Assembly (NCBI GenBank): GCA_041584475.1
Contig: JBFHDX010000002.1
Coordinates: 13,309 to 77,308, forward strand
Reading direction: 5' to 3'
Length of the DNA: 64,000 bases
Source: Alphaproteobacteria bacterium
Lineage (GTDB): Bacteria; Pseudomonadota; Alphaproteobacteria; UBA8366; JADFVY01
The translations under genes were made by a program, and so were the position numbers. Below the pieces are notes generated by a model, which saw only the letters and a program-made list of their open reading frames with translations, was not told the DNA's origin and did no database searches. Each line of letters begins with the position of its first letter. Positions within the stretch are counted from its first letter, which is position 1. Below are positions 34,786 to 45,234 of this stretch, one piece after another.

Positions 34786-35682
34786 GTGACGGTGCGTTTC
34801 CATGTTCTGTCGAGAACGATCGTCGTTTCCGGCCTGACGACGCTGGTGCTGGCCGCCGCGCTTGCGGCGCCGACGCGCCAGGCGGCCGCGTCGGAGGGCG
34901 TCGCGCTCGGTTACGAGGGCTATTTCGGCGGCTTTCACATGATGACCGCCGACGTGCAGCTGGTTCGCAACGAAGAGCGCTATCGCATGGAGACGACCGC
35001 CGTCGGCAAGGGACTCGTCGGCTGGATGTTCGACTGGCGCAGCCATGCGCTCACGGAAGGCGCGATCGCCGATGACGGTTCGTACCGGCCCGAGCTGCAC
35101 AAGCGCGATATCGCGCAGCGCGGGCGCAGACCCAAGGCCATCCTGATCGAATATCGCAATGACGGCGTCCCGTTCGTCGCGCGCATGCGGGTCGGCGACG
35201 AGGCCCGGTTCACCGAGCGGGCGGAGAAGCGCGATACGCTCGACCCGATGAGCGCCGTCGCGGCGATCATCGATCAGATGACGGTCGGTGCGCGCTGCGC
35301 GGGGACGTTCAAGGTGTTCGACGGCAAGCTGCACTACAGCGTGACGGCGCGGGAAGGCCAGGCGGACGTCTTGTCCGGCAACCGGTACATGATGTTCGAA
35401 GGCGAGGCGGCGCGCTGCGATCTGACGCTGACGGCGATCGACGGCTTCGAGGAGAAGTTCCGCGGCAACCCCCGTGAGCGTGAGGTCGTGAGCGACGAAT
35501 CGCTGCAACTCACGATGTGGTTCGCGGCGCCGCAGGACGGCATGCCTGCGGTCCCGGTGCTGGCGTCGGCCGATACCAGTTACGGCGGTCTCAGAGTCTA
35601 CCTCTCGCGGGCCGAGACGGCGGACGTTCCTGCCGAGGGTGCGCGCGCCGAAGCTGGGCGCCCGGCAAGCCGGGCGCGCTAG
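34786..35682 (+). CDS. Exported protein, DUF3108-like
   Basis: Signal peptide, LGY.GY.GG, DTLDPMSA, VFDGK..Y, WFA...P pattern. Confidence 0.65.
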   Translation: MTVRFHVLSRTIVVSGLTTLVLAAALAAPTRQAAASEGVALGYEGYFGGFHMMTADVQLVRNEERYRMETTAVGKGLVGWMFDWRSHALTEGAIADDGSYRPELHKRDIAQRGRRPKAILIEYRNDGVPFVARMRVGDEARFTERAEKRDTLDPMSAVAAIIDQMTVGARCAGTFKVFDGKLHYSVTAREGQADVLSGNRYMMFEGEAARCDLTLTAIDGFEEKFRGNPREREVVSDESLQLTMWFAAPQDGMPAVPVLASADTSYGGLRVYLSRAETADVPAEGARAEAGRPASRAR

Positions 35683-38600
35683 TCAGTCGCTGGTCGGTGC
35701 GGCCTCGAGCCGTTCCAGGCAGCGCTCGATCCACTGCGTCGTGAGCTTCTCCGAGACCGAATTCTGCCGCAGGCGTGCGTTGAGGCCGGCCCAGTCGACC
35801 CGGTCGAGTGGCTGATCCTGATTGAAGCAGGAGAACACGACGCGGTGCTCGCCCGTTTGCGGGTCGATGTGAGCCTGCAGACACTGGCCGCAGATCTCCT
35901 TCATCATGCACTGCATCGGCGAGTTGATCGAGCCGATGGCGCCGTGGCCGTCCCTCAGGCGGTTTCGCAGGACCGTATGCCGGGCGGCTGAGACCGCCGC
36001 CATCATGCGGTCGGATCCGATGGCGATGACACGATCGACCTCGTCCAGCGGGATCGCCTGCGGGCCCAGCTCGCCGGCGCCGTAGGCCTGCATCGCCGCG
36101 ACGATGTTTCCGACGAAGGCCGTGTCCTGCGGTCGCGAGGCCTCGAAGCCGGGCGCCTCGTCGCAGCACCAGACGATCGCGTCGGCGGCGCGTTCGATGT
36201 CGGCGACCTTGTAGCGATCCTCAGCCTTCTTGTAGCCCGCGAAATACAGCACGCGGCCACCCGCGGCGCGCAGCGCCTGGCCGATGGAGAACAGCACCGC
36301 GTTGCCGAGACCGCCGCCGGCCAGCAGCGCGGTCTCCTCTCGTCCGATCTCCGTCGGCGCCCCGGTCGGTCCCATCAGAATCACCGGCTCGCCGGGTCGC
36401 AGCAGGCGGCACAGGCTGCTCGAGCCGCCCATCTCGAGGACGATGACCGAAACCAGCCCTTGCGCCCGGTCGACCCAGGCGCCGGTCATGGCGAGCCCCT
36501 CCATGGCCAGCGTCGTGCCGTCGACGCATTGCGCCCCGGCCTCGAAATTCTGCAGACGATAGAACTGCCCCGGCTGGAACCGGCGCGCGGCCGCCGGCGC
36601 CCGCACGACGACCTCGACGATGGTCGGCGTCAGACGCTCGACCCGTTCGACGACCGCGCGAAGGTCGTGACTGATGCGCCGCACGAAGGCCTCTCCGTCG
36701 TCCGCGGCGGCGGCGGGGCGTCGCTCCAGCACGCCGGTGATCAGCGGATAACCTTGCCGCGCGCTGCCCATCGCCTTGACGACGTTGCCGAAATAGCTCG
36801 GGTGCAGGTCGCCGAAGAAGCTGACATAGCGCTCGTCGGCGGTCTTCGACATGAAGACTCGGACCGTATCGGGCTTGGCTGCCGAGCGTTCCGGCTGCAC
36901 CGGCCGGCCCGTCTCGTCGCAGGCCCGGAAATACCGGCCGTCCAGCTCGAAATGCTCCGGATCCTCGCGCGCCAGCACGGTGTTCGGGTGCGTACCGGCG
37001 GCCATGAAGATGCTGCGGGCCGGCAGCGTGACCGTCTCATCGCCGGACCATTCGCCCGTCTCGCCGAGATGCTGGCGTGCGAGCACGAGACCGTTCGCAT
37101 GTCCGTCGCCGTCGATTTCGACGGCGACCGGGGACAGGCACTCGGCGAAGCGGATGCCTTCCTCAAGCGCCTTCCCGACCTCTTCGTGATTGAGCGTGTA
37201 TGACGGGCTGTCGATCAAGCGCTTGCGGTAGGCAATGGTGACGCCGCCCCAGCCCTGCACGAGCTCGCGGATCCGCGGCTCGCGACCGCCGGCCCGGGCA
37301 GCCCCACGTTCCTCGCGGATCGCCCGCCCGTGCGCCAGAAACTCGTCGGCGATCGCCAGCTCGTCGGTACTCCAGGCGGCGCGGACGGCCGCGGCGCCCC
37401 GGTCCGCGACGAGGTCGTCGTAGCGGGCGACGAACTTCTCGACTTGCACCGGATAGTAGGCGAGCGCTTCTGTCGCCGTGTCGATCGCGGTCAGACCGCC
37501 GCCGATCACGACGACCGGCAGGCGCAACTGCATGTTGGCGACGCTGTCGCCCCGCGCCGCCCCGGTGAGCTGCAGCGCCATCAGGAAATCCGATGCCGTG
37601 CGCACGCCGCGCGCCAAGTTGTTCGGCATGTCGATCACCGTCGGCCGGCCGGCGCCCGCGCACAGGGCGACGTGATCGAAACCGGCTTCCCAAGCGTCCT
37701 CGAGGGTCATGGTTCCGCCGAAGCGGACACCGCCGAACATCGCGAACCCGGCGCGGCGCTCGAGCAGCAGCCGGATCAGCTTGAGGAAGTTCTTGTCCCA
37801 GCGCACCGTGATGCCGTATTCGGCGACGCCGCCGAAGCCCGCCATGACCCGGTCGTCGAGCGATTCGTACAGCGACGCGACGTCGCGGACCGGCCCGAAC
37901 GGCGCGCGCTCGCCGCCTGGCGTCATGCCGCAGATCTCCGGCGGCAGCGGCTCGATCTTCAGGCCGTCGATACCGACGATCGTGTGGCCGTCGTTGAGCA
38001 GGTGGTGGGCCAGCGTGAACCCGGCCGGACCCATGCCGACGATCAGGATGCGCCGGCCGGTTTCCGGCCGCGGGAACGGTCGACGCAGGTTGAGCGGATT
38101 CCAGCGCGTCAGCAGCGAATAGATCTCGAAGCCCCAGGGCAGCGCCAGCACGTCCTTCAACGTGCGCGTCTCGACCTGTGGAATGTCGACGGGATCCTGC
38201 TTCTGGTAGACGCAGGACTTCATGCAGTCGTTGCAGATGCGGTGGCCCGTGGCCGCCACCATCGGGTTGTCGACGACGGCGATGGCGAGCGCGGCGATCG
38301 CCCGCCCTTCCGCCTTGACCAGCTGGAACTCGGATATCTTCTCCTCCAGCGGACAGCCGGCCAGCGTCACGCCGAACGGGCTCTTGCGGAACGGTGCCGG
38401 TCCCGCCTCGCCGGGCTTCAGTTTCTCGCGCAACCCGCGCGCGCAGCTGTCGCGGCCCTGCTTGTGGCACCAGATGCAATAGTTCGCGTCGTCGAGCGCG
38501 CCGGTCAGGTCCGTGCCCGCATCGGTCAGGGCGAACCCGTCGCGCCGGCGCAGCCGCTCCGCCGGCAGGCTGTGGCACGGGTAACCGCCGCTCTCGTCGG

Positions 38601-39222
38601 TGACCATGTCGCGGATCAGTCGGTCGTAATCGAGCTTTCCCGGCTGTTTGAACAGCACGCCCGCAGCGTGCCGCCGCCGGCCGGCTTCGCTCAGCGTCGC
38701 CCAGGCCGCATAGGATTCCGCGACGGCGAGCGCGGCGCCGTGCCGTTCTTCGTCCGCCTCCCACTCGATCACCTTCCGCGCGAACGCCAGTTCGGTCAGG
38801 GGTTCGCCCAGCAGCAGTTCAAGCTCGTGGCCGAGCACGACGCCGTCCAGGGTCTCCGCCTCCGCCGGCCTGATGCGCTTCAGCGCCCGCCGCTGCACGA
38901 ACTGCCGCTTGGCCACGAACAGCGGTGACTTCTCGTCGTGCCGCGCGCGCAGCGCGTCGATTTCCTCGTCGATTCCGAACAGCCGCGCGACGAACGTCTC
39001 GAGATACGGCGCGAGCGCGATGATGAGTTCGGATTCGGCGAGCGCCGCCAGCGAGTCGGGCTCGCTCCGGGCTTCGCTCAGCCGCGCCTGCAGGTCCGCG
39101 TCTTCGCCGCCCAGGTAGTCGAGGAACGTCGCGTCGAGCCGCAGCAGCCCGTCTCGCTCGTGGAGATCATCGAACGACAGGCCGAAGCGCAGGTCGAGCG
39201 TGCTTTCGTGGAGGTCACTCAC
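35683..39222 (-). CDS. Large Fe-S flavoprotein: GltD/NfnB-like module fused to a PyrK/NfnA-like FAD/[2Fe-2S] module
   Basis: CIWCH...C...GCP, HRICNDCMKSC, GMGPAG, GGGLTAID, PGQFYRLQ, GPTG, GGGLG, SPMQCMMKEICGQC...SC. Start uncertain (GTG 39222). Confidence 0.85.
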   Translation of the reverse strand: MSDLHESTLDLRFGLSFDDLHERDGLLRLDATFLDYLGGEDADLQARLSEARSEPDSLAALAESELIIALAPYLETFVARLFGIDEEIDALRARHDEKSPLFVAKRQFVQRRALKRIRPAEAETLDGVVLGHELELLLGEPLTELAFARKVIEWEADEERHGAALAVAESYAAWATLSEAGRRRHAAGVLFKQPGKLDYDRLIRDMVTDESGGYPCHSLPAERLRRRDGFALTDAGTDLTGALDDANYCIWCHKQGRDSCARGLREKLKPGEAGPAPFRKSPFGVTLAGCPLEEKISEFQLVKAEGRAIAALAIAVVDNPMVAATGHRICNDCMKSCVYQKQDPVDIPQVETRTLKDVLALPWGFEIYSLLTRWNPLNLRRPFPRPETGRRILIVGMGPAGFTLAHHLLNDGHTIVGIDGLKIEPLPPEICGMTPGGERAPFGPVRDVASLYESLDDRVMAGFGGVAEYGITVRWDKNFLKLIRLLLERRAGFAMFGGVRFGGTMTLEDAWEAGFDHVALCAGAGRPTVIDMPNNLARGVRTASDFLMALQLTGAARGDSVANMQLRLPVVVIGGGLTAIDTATEALAYYPVQVEKFVARYDDLVADRGAAAVRAAWSTDELAIADEFLAHGRAIREERGAARAGGREPRIRELVQGWGGVTIAYRKRLIDSPSYTLNHEEVGKALEEGIRFAECLSPVAVEIDGDGHANGLVLARQHLGETGEWSGDETVTLPARSIFMAAGTHPNTVLAREDPEHFELDGRYFRACDETGRPVQPERSAAKPDTVRVFMSKTADERYVSFFGDLHPSYFGNVVKAMGSARQGYPLITGVLERRPAAAADDGEAFVRRISHDLRAVVERVERLTPTIVEVVVRAPAAARRFQPGQFYRLQNFEAGAQCVDGTTLAMEGLAMTGAWVDRAQGLVSVIVLEMGGSSSLCRLLRPGEPVILMGPTGAPTEIGREETALLAGGGLGNAVLFSIGQALRAAGGRVLYFAGYKKAEDRYKVADIERAADAIVWCCDEAPGFEASRPQDTAFVGNIVAAMQAYGAGELGPQAIPLDEVDRVIAIGSDRMMAAVSAARHTVLRNRLRDGHGAIGSINSPMQCMMKEICGQCLQAHIDPQTGEHRVVFSCFNQDQPLDRVDWAGLNARLRQNSVSEKLTTQWIERCLERLEAAPTSD

Positions 39223-39414
39223 GGTATCCGGACGCTCCGCCTTCCAGAAGTGGTCGGCCCCGGCACCGGTGGCGGTGCTGCGACCATGTTTCGGATCAGA
39301 AAGATAGGCGCTCCGGGCGCGGTCGACCACGAGCGGGGGGCTGCGGCCGACGCCGGGCCGGATTTGGCGCCGGGCGGCGGCGCGGCGCGCGGGATCGCGT
39401 CCCGCACCGGCCGG

Positions 39415-40080
39415 CTAGGCCAGTCGCGCCAGCGCATCGGGGATCTCGGCGAAGCGGTCGACGACGATGTCGGCGCCGAGCTCCTCGACCGGCTCGCGGC
39501 GATACCCGTAGCTGACGACGATCACCGCCACCCCGGCATTGCGGGCGACCATCACGTCGTTGCGGCTGTCGCCGATCATGACCGCGTCTTCCGGCCGCGA
39601 CCCCATCATCTGGAGGGTGCCCGTCAGGTGCCCGCCATCCGGCTTGCGCACCGGCAGGCTGTCGCCGCCGGCGACCGCCGCGAAATACCGCGCGAGACCG
39701 AGCGCCTCGAGGATCTGCAGGGTCGGATCGCGAGGCTTGTTGGTGCACACCGCCATGCGATGGCCCGTCCGCTGCAACCGGTCGAGGGTCTCCGCGACGC
39801 CCGGAAACGGCGTTGTCCTGTCGGCAAGGGCGGCGCCGTAAAGGGCGCGGTAGCGCTCGACCTTGGCGTCGAAATCGTCCGGAACGCCGCCGGTCGCCTC
39901 GTAGGCTCGGCGCACCAGCATAGGAACCCCGTCACCGATCATCTTGACCAGCTCGGCATAGTCGAGCAGGCGGCGACGGTCGGCGCCGAGCAGCTTGTTC
40001 ACCGCCGCGTGCAGGTCCGGCGCGCTGTCGATCAGCGTGCCGTCCAGGTCGAAGACGAGATCGGGGACGCCGGGGTTCAT
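39415..40080 (-). CDS. gph: Phosphoglycolate phosphatase (HAD)
   Basis: FDLDGTLIDS, CTNKP, RKPD, MIGDSRND, YGY. Confidence 0.92.
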   Translation of the reverse strand: MNPGVPDLVFDLDGTLIDSAPDLHAAVNKLLGADRRRLLDYAELVKMIGDGVPMLVRRAYEATGGVPDDFDAKVERYRALYGAALADRTTPFPGVAETLDRLQRTGHRMAVCTNKPRDPTLQILEALGLARYFAAVAGGDSLPVRKPDGGHLTGTLQMMGSRPEDAVMIGDSRNDVMVARNAGVAVIVVSYGYRREPVEELGADIVVDRFAEIPDALARLA

Positions 40081-40233
40081 GGCCCGCTGTTCTGCAAGAA
40101 TTCGCAATAATCCGCAACCGTCGGACACACAAAGTGACTTGGCGGCCGCTGCCGGATTGTGGCAGTTTCGCGCGGCATGCGCAGCTTCCAGACGACTCGC
40201 CCGGCGGTCGCGATGTCCGGGATTCGGTAGATC

Positions 40234-41604
40234 ATGGCCCAGCCTGACGTTGCGGTCATTCTCCTTGCCGCCGGCAAGGGAACCCGCATGAAATCGGACA
40301 TACCCAAGGTCCTGCATCCGCTGGCCGGACGGCCGCTCGTCGCGCACGTGCTGGCGGCGGCGGAAACGCTGCGGCCGTCGCGTTGCGTCGTCGTCGTCGG
40401 ACCCGACATGGCGGACGTCGCCGCGGCCGTCGCGCCCTGGCCGACGGTGCTGCAGGAACGCCAGAACGGCACCGCCGACGCGGTACGCGTGGCGCGCGAT
40501 GCGCTCGACGGGTTCAGCGAGGGATCCGACCGGGCATCCATCCTCGTGCTCTACGGCGATACGCCGCTGATCGGGCCGCCGACGCTGCAACGCATGCTCG
40601 ACGCCCGGGCCGACGGGGCGCAGCTCGTCGTTCTCGGCTTCCGCCCCGACGATCCGGCGGAATACGGGCGGCTCGTCCTGGACGACGCGGGCGCGCTGCA
40701 GGCGATCGTCGAATACCGCGACGCCAGCAAGGCGCAACGCGCGATCCGGCTGTGCAATTCGGGCGTCATGGCGATCTCGGCAGGACAGCTCTGGGGGCTG
40801 CTCGACCGGGTCGGCAACGACAACGCCAAGGGCGAATTCTATCTCACCGACATCGTCGGCCTGGCCCGCGCCGACGGACTCGCCTGCGCCGTCGTCGAGG
40901 GCGACCCCGAGGAGGTTCTCGGCGTGAACAGCCGCGCCGATCTGGCGGCGGCGGAAGCGGTGTGGCAGAGGGCGCGGCGCCTGCGCGCGATGGACGACGG
41001 CGCGACGTTGACCGACCCGGAGACCGTGTGGTTCAGCCACGACACCGTGCTCGGCCGCGACGTCGTGATCGGTCCCTCCGTCTTCTTCGGCCCCGGCGTT
41101 TCCGTCGCGGACGGCGCCGAGGTCCGGCCATTCTGCCATCTCGAGGGCGTGACGATCGGCGCCGGCGCCTCGGTCGGCCCGTTTGCCCGCTTGCGCCCCG
41201 GCGCCCGCATCGAGGCGGGCGCGCGCGTCGGCAATTTCGTCGAGGTCAAGAACGCGGTGCTCGGTCCCGGCGCAAAGGCCAACCACCTGAGCTATGTCGG
41301 TGACGCCGTGGTCGGCGCGGCAGCGAACATCGGCGCCGGCACGATAACCTGCAATTACGACGGATATCTGAAGCACCGCACGACCATCGGCGAGGGCGCC
41401 TTCATCGGCTCCAACACGGCGCTCGTCGCGCCGGTCAGCGTGGGCAAGGGCGCGATCGTCGGCGCCGGCAGCACGATTACGCGGGACGTGCCGGACGACG
41501 CGCTCGCCGTGACGCGGCCGCGGCAGACGGTGCTCGACGGGGCCGCCGCCGCCTACCGCGAGCGCAAGGCCCGCGAGAAGGCTGCGCGCAAGAAGGAGAA
41601 ATAG
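40234..41604 (+). CDS. glmU: Bifunctional GlmU
   Basis: LAAGKGTRMKS..PKVLH, YGDTP, EFYLTD, hexapeptide repeats, GNFVEVK, NYDG. Confidence 0.97.
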   Translation: MAQPDVAVILLAAGKGTRMKSDIPKVLHPLAGRPLVAHVLAAAETLRPSRCVVVVGPDMADVAAAVAPWPTVLQERQNGTADAVRVARDALDGFSEGSDRASILVLYGDTPLIGPPTLQRMLDARADGAQLVVLGFRPDDPAEYGRLVLDDAGALQAIVEYRDASKAQRAIRLCNSGVMAISAGQLWGLLDRVGNDNAKGEFYLTDIVGLARADGLACAVVEGDPEEVLGVNSRADLAAAEAVWQRARRLRAMDDGATLTDPETVWFSHDTVLGRDVVIGPSVFFGPGVSVADGAEVRPFCHLEGVTIGAGASVGPFARLRPGARIEAGARVGNFVEVKNAVLGPGAKANHLSYVGDAVVGAAANIGAGTITCNYDGYLKHRTTIGEGAFIGSNTALVAPVSVGKGAIVGAGSTITRDVPDDALAVTRPRQTVLDGAAAAYRERKAREKAARKKEK

Positions 41605-41610
41605 ACCCGA

Positions 41611-43440
41611 ATGTGCGGCATCATCGGCATCATCGGGCGGCAGCCGGTAGCCCCGCTGCTGCTCGAAGGGCTGCGGCGCCTGGAATACCGCGGTTACGAC
41701 TCGGCCGGCATCGCGACGCTGACGGCCGGCGGCATCGAGCGCCGCCGCGCCGAGGGCAAGCTCGTCAATCTCGAGGGCCGGCTCACCGAAGCGCCGCTGG
41801 CCGGGACCGTCGGCATCGGCCACACGCGCTGGGCGACCCACGGCGTGCCCAACGAGACCAACGCACACCCGCACGCGACGCCGCGTCTGGCGCTCGTGCA
41901 CAACGGGATCATCGAGAATTTCCAGGAGCTGCGCGACGAGCTCTCGGGGTCGGGCGCGCGGTTCGAATCCGAGACCGACACCGAGGTCGTCGCCCATCTG
42001 CTGACGCGTTATCTCGACGACGGCAAGACGCCGACCGAGGCCGTCGCGGCGGCGCTGCCGCGGCTCGAGGGCGCGTTTGCCATGGCGATCGTCTTCGCCG
42101 GCGAGGAGGATCTGATGATCGGCGCGCGACGCGGCAGTCCGCTGGCGATCGGCTATGGCGACGGCGAGATGTATCTCGGTTCGGACGCCATGGCGCTGGC
42201 GCCCCTGACGCAGAGCATCAGCTATCTCGAGGAGGGCGACTGGGTGGTCGCCACGCGGGCCGGGGCACGCGTGTTCGATGCCGCCAATGCCCCCGCCGAG
42301 CGGCCGGTCGTCCAGACGGCGCTGTCCGGCGCGATGATCGGCAAGGGCAACTACCGCCATTTCATGCTCAAGGAGATCTACGAGCAGCCGGCGGTCATCG
42401 GCGACACGCTGCACACGATGCTGAACCCGGCGAACCGCACCATAACCCTGCCGCCGCTGCCGCTCGACCTGGCCGCCGTCCCGAAATTCACGATCATCGC
42501 CTGCGGCACCGCGTTCTACGCGGGGATGGTGGCGAAATACTGGCTCGAGCAGGTGGCGCGCGTGCCGGTCGAGATCGACATCGCATCGGAGTTCCGCTAC
42601 CGCGAGGCGCCGATGCCCGACGGCGGGCTCGCCATGTTCGTCAGCCAGTCCGGCGAGACCGCCGACACGCTCGCGGCGCTGCGTTATGCCAGATCGCAGG
42701 GCCAGACCATCCTCTCGGTGGTCAACGTCCCGGAATCGTCGATCGCCCGGGAATCCGATGCCGTGCTGCCGACCCTGGCCGGCCCCGAGATCGGGGTCGC
42801 CTCGACCAAGGCCTTCACGACCCAGCTCACCGTGCTGGCCTGCCTGGCGATCGCCACGGCGCGAGCGCGCAAGGCGATCGACGCCAAGCGCGAGGCGGAA
42901 TTGTCGGCGGCGCTGGCCGAGGTGCCGGGTCGCGCTGCCGAGGTGCTGAGCCACGACGAGCGCATCGAGGCCCTGGCGCACGGCATCGTGGAGGCGCGCG
43001 ACGTGCTCTATCTGGGACGTGGTCCGGCCTACCCGCTGGCGCTCGAAGGGGCGCTGAAGCTCAAGGAGATCTCGTATATCCATGCCGAGGGCTACGCCGC
43101 CGGCGAAATGAAGCACGGGCCGATCGCCCTGATCGACGAAGGCGTGCCGGTGATCGTCATCGCGCCGAACGATCCGCTGTTCGAGAAGACGGCGTCCAAC
43201 CTGCAGGAGGTCATCGCGCGCGGCGGCCGCGTGATCGTGCTCTCCGACGCCGACGGGGTGGCCCGCGTGGCGGCGCAGGCGAAACCCGAGGCGAGCATAG
43301 CCCTGCCGTCGGTCGATCCGTTCGTCGCGCCCATCCTGTATGCGATACCGGTCCAGCTGCTCGCCTATCACACGGCCGTGCTCAAGGGCACGGACGTCGA
43401 CCAGCCGCGCAACCTCGCCAAGTCGGTGACGGTGGAATAG
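41611..43440 (+). CDS. glmS: Glutamine-fructose-6-phosphate transaminase
   Basis: MCGIIG, EYRGYDSAG, GHTRWATHG, SQSGETADT, C-terminal PRNLAKSVTVE. Confidence 0.98.
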   Translation: MCGIIGIIGRQPVAPLLLEGLRRLEYRGYDSAGIATLTAGGIERRRAEGKLVNLEGRLTEAPLAGTVGIGHTRWATHGVPNETNAHPHATPRLALVHNGIIENFQELRDELSGSGARFESETDTEVVAHLLTRYLDDGKTPTEAVAAALPRLEGAFAMAIVFAGEEDLMIGARRGSPLAIGYGDGEMYLGSDAMALAPLTQSISYLEEGDWVVATRAGARVFDAANAPAERPVVQTALSGAMIGKGNYRHFMLKEIYEQPAVIGDTLHTMLNPANRTITLPPLPLDLAAVPKFTIIACGTAFYAGMVAKYWLEQVARVPVEIDIASEFRYREAPMPDGGLAMFVSQSGETADTLAALRYARSQGQTILSVVNVPESSIARESDAVLPTLAGPEIGVASTKAFTTQLTVLACLAIATARARKAIDAKREAELSAALAEVPGRAAEVLSHDERIEALAHGIVEARDVLYLGRGPAYPLALEGALKLKEISYIHAEGYAAGEMKHGPIALIDEGVPVIVIAPNDPLFEKTASNLQEVIARGGRVIVLSDADGVARVAAQAKPEASIALPSVDPFVAPILYAIPVQLLAYHTAVLKGTDVDQPRNLAKSVTVE

Positions 43441-43448
43441 GCCTCGCG

Positions 43449-43811
43449 ATGGCCGCCGAGCTCGGTACCAGTCCCGAGATCAAGCTCCTGCTCACGGTCA
43501 CCGCGCTCGCGGTGTTCTGGATGTTCCTCTGGAAGACGCGTACGGAGCGCCGCGCGACCCGGCTGATCAAGTGGATCTGGGAGAACCATCCCGAGACCTG
43601 GGCGGCGCTGCCCTGGCTCTACCGCAACGTGCTGCGCGAGCGCGGCCTCGACGAGCTGGCCCGGCGCGAGGCCATCCCGGATGCCCACTTCCACCGGGAG
43701 TACGCCGAGATCCGCCCGTCGCAGCGGCACATCACGATCGCAGCCCTGATCGCCGGCGCGGCGATCCTGCTGATCTTTATCGGCACCGCGGTCCTCGGCT
43801 GGCGCTGGTAG
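43449..43811 (+). CDS. Hypothetical membrane protein (2 TM)
   Basis: ATG 8 nt after the glmS stop, hydrophobic N- and C-terminal helices, GC3-rich codons. Confidence 0.7.
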   Translation: MAAELGTSPEIKLLLTVTALAVFWMFLWKTRTERRATRLIKWIWENHPETWAALPWLYRNVLRERGLDELARREAIPDAHFHREYAEIRPSQRHITIAALIAGAAILLIFIGTAVLGWRW

Positions 43812-43818
43812 GCCGGGA

Positions 43819-45234
43819 TCACAGGCCCGCGTACGAATACAGGGTGCCGAGCCCGGCCGCCGCGGCGAGCGTCGGCAGCATGCCGACGCGGAAGCGGAGC
43901 ATCGCGACGAGGGCCGCCGCCGTCAGCGTCAGCGACGCCACGTTGATCGTCGCCCATGCCGGCCAGAACAGGCGGATGCCCGCAAGATGCAGCTCGTCGA
44001 CCTGCCCGAACGCGACGTGCAGCCCGAACCACAGCGCGAGATTCAGGATCACGCCCACGACCGCGGCCGTGATCGCCGAGAGCGCCGCGCCCAGCGAGCG
44101 ATTGCCGCGCAGCGCCTCGATGTAGGGCGCGCCGAGGAAGATCCACAGGAAACAGGGCACGAACGTAACCCAGGTCGTCAGCGCCGCGCCGAGGATGCCC
44201 GCCAGCATCGGGTCGAGCCCGCCGGGGTACCGGTACGCGCCCATGAATCCGACGAACTGGACGACCATGATCAGCGGCCCGGGGGTCGTCTCGGCCATGC
44301 CGAGCCCGTCGAGCATCTCGCCGGGCGCGAGCCAGCCATGCGTCTCCACCGCCTGCTGCGCGACATAGGCGAGGACCGCATAGGCGCCACCGAACGTCAC
44401 GACCGCCATCTTGCTGAAGAACAGCCCCTCGAGGACGAAGACGTGCGCCGTGCCGAGCAGCGACGCCGCGATGGCGATCGGGGCGAACCACAGGACGAGG
44501 CAGGTTCCGCTCACCCTCAGGGCGCGACCGATCGTCGGTTGCGTGTGGCTCGCCAACCCGTCCTCGAGCACAGCGTCGGGGTCGGTGCCCGCGGCGTTCG
44601 TCGCCCGTCGGTGCCCCGCGGGCAGCGCAAACCGTCCCGGCCACAGCCGGTCGCCGACGTAGCCGGCCAGGCCTGCGGCGACGACGATCACCGGGAACGG
44701 CACCTGCAGGAAGAAGATTGCAACGAAGGCGATGGCCGCGAGCGCGTACATGGCCCGGTTCCTGAGCGCACGCCTGCCGATGCGAAGTACTGCCTCGATC
44801 ACGACCGCAAGCACCGCCGCCTTGATGCCGAAGAAGACGGCCTGGACGATCGTCAGTTCGTGGAAGCCGGCATAGAGTATGCTGAGCCCCAATATGACGA
44901 TGGCGCCGGGCAGCACGAACAGGATGCCGGCGACGAGTCCCCCGAGCGTCCGGTGCAGCAGCCACCCGACATAGGTGGCAAGCTGCTGCGCTTCGGGGCC
45001 CGGGAGCAGCATGCAGTAGTTGAGGGCATGCAGGAACCGGCCCTCGCTGATCCAGCGTTTTTCCTCGACGAGGATGCGGTGCATCAACGCGATCTGGCCC
45101 GCCGGCCCCCCGAAACTCACCAGTCCGATCTTCAGCCAGACGCGCAGCGCCTCGCGAAATTCGACCTGGCTGCCGCGGATGGTCCGGGCAGCTTCAGCGG
45201 GTTCGCCAGCGATACCGGAGGACCCGCCGGTCAT
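43819..45234 (-). CDS. chrA: Chromate efflux transporter ChrA (long CHR)
   Basis: SFGGPAGQIA, LLPGPEA, TFGGAYAVL, ETTPGP; two CHR repeats. Confidence 0.95.
   Translation of the reverse strand: MTGGSSGIAGEPAEAARTIRGSQVEFREALRVWLKIGLVSFGGPAGQIALMHRILVEEKRWISEGRFLHALNYCMLLPGPEAQQLATYVGWLLHRTLGGLVAGILFVLPGAIVILGLSILYAGFHELTIVQAVFFGIKAAVLAVVIEAVLRIGRRALRNRAMYALAAIAFVAIFFLQVPFPVIVVAAGLAGYVGDRLWPGRFALPAGHRRATNAAGTDPDAVLEDGLASHTQPTIGRALRVSGTCLVLWFAPIAIAASLLGTAHVFVLEGLFFSKMAVVTFGGAYAVLAYVAQQAVETHGWLAPGEMLDGLGMAETTPGPLIMVVQFVGFMGAYRYPGGLDPMLAGILGAALTTWVTFVPCFLWIFLGAPYIEALRGNRSLGAALSAITAAVVGVILNLALWFGLHVAFGQVDELHLAGIRLFWPAWATINVASLTLTAAALVAMLRFRVGMLPTLAAAAGLGTLYSYAGL

Noticed and set aside
35683-39222. 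Glutamate synthase small subunit (gltD)
   Set aside because: More than twice the usual length, has extra domains, and there is no adjacent gltB.
40081-43371. 1318-aa minus-strand ORF (39415-43371)
   Set aside because: Only the last 221 codons (gph) look real; the rest is the stop-poor antisense shadow of glmU-glmS, typical of high-GC DNA.
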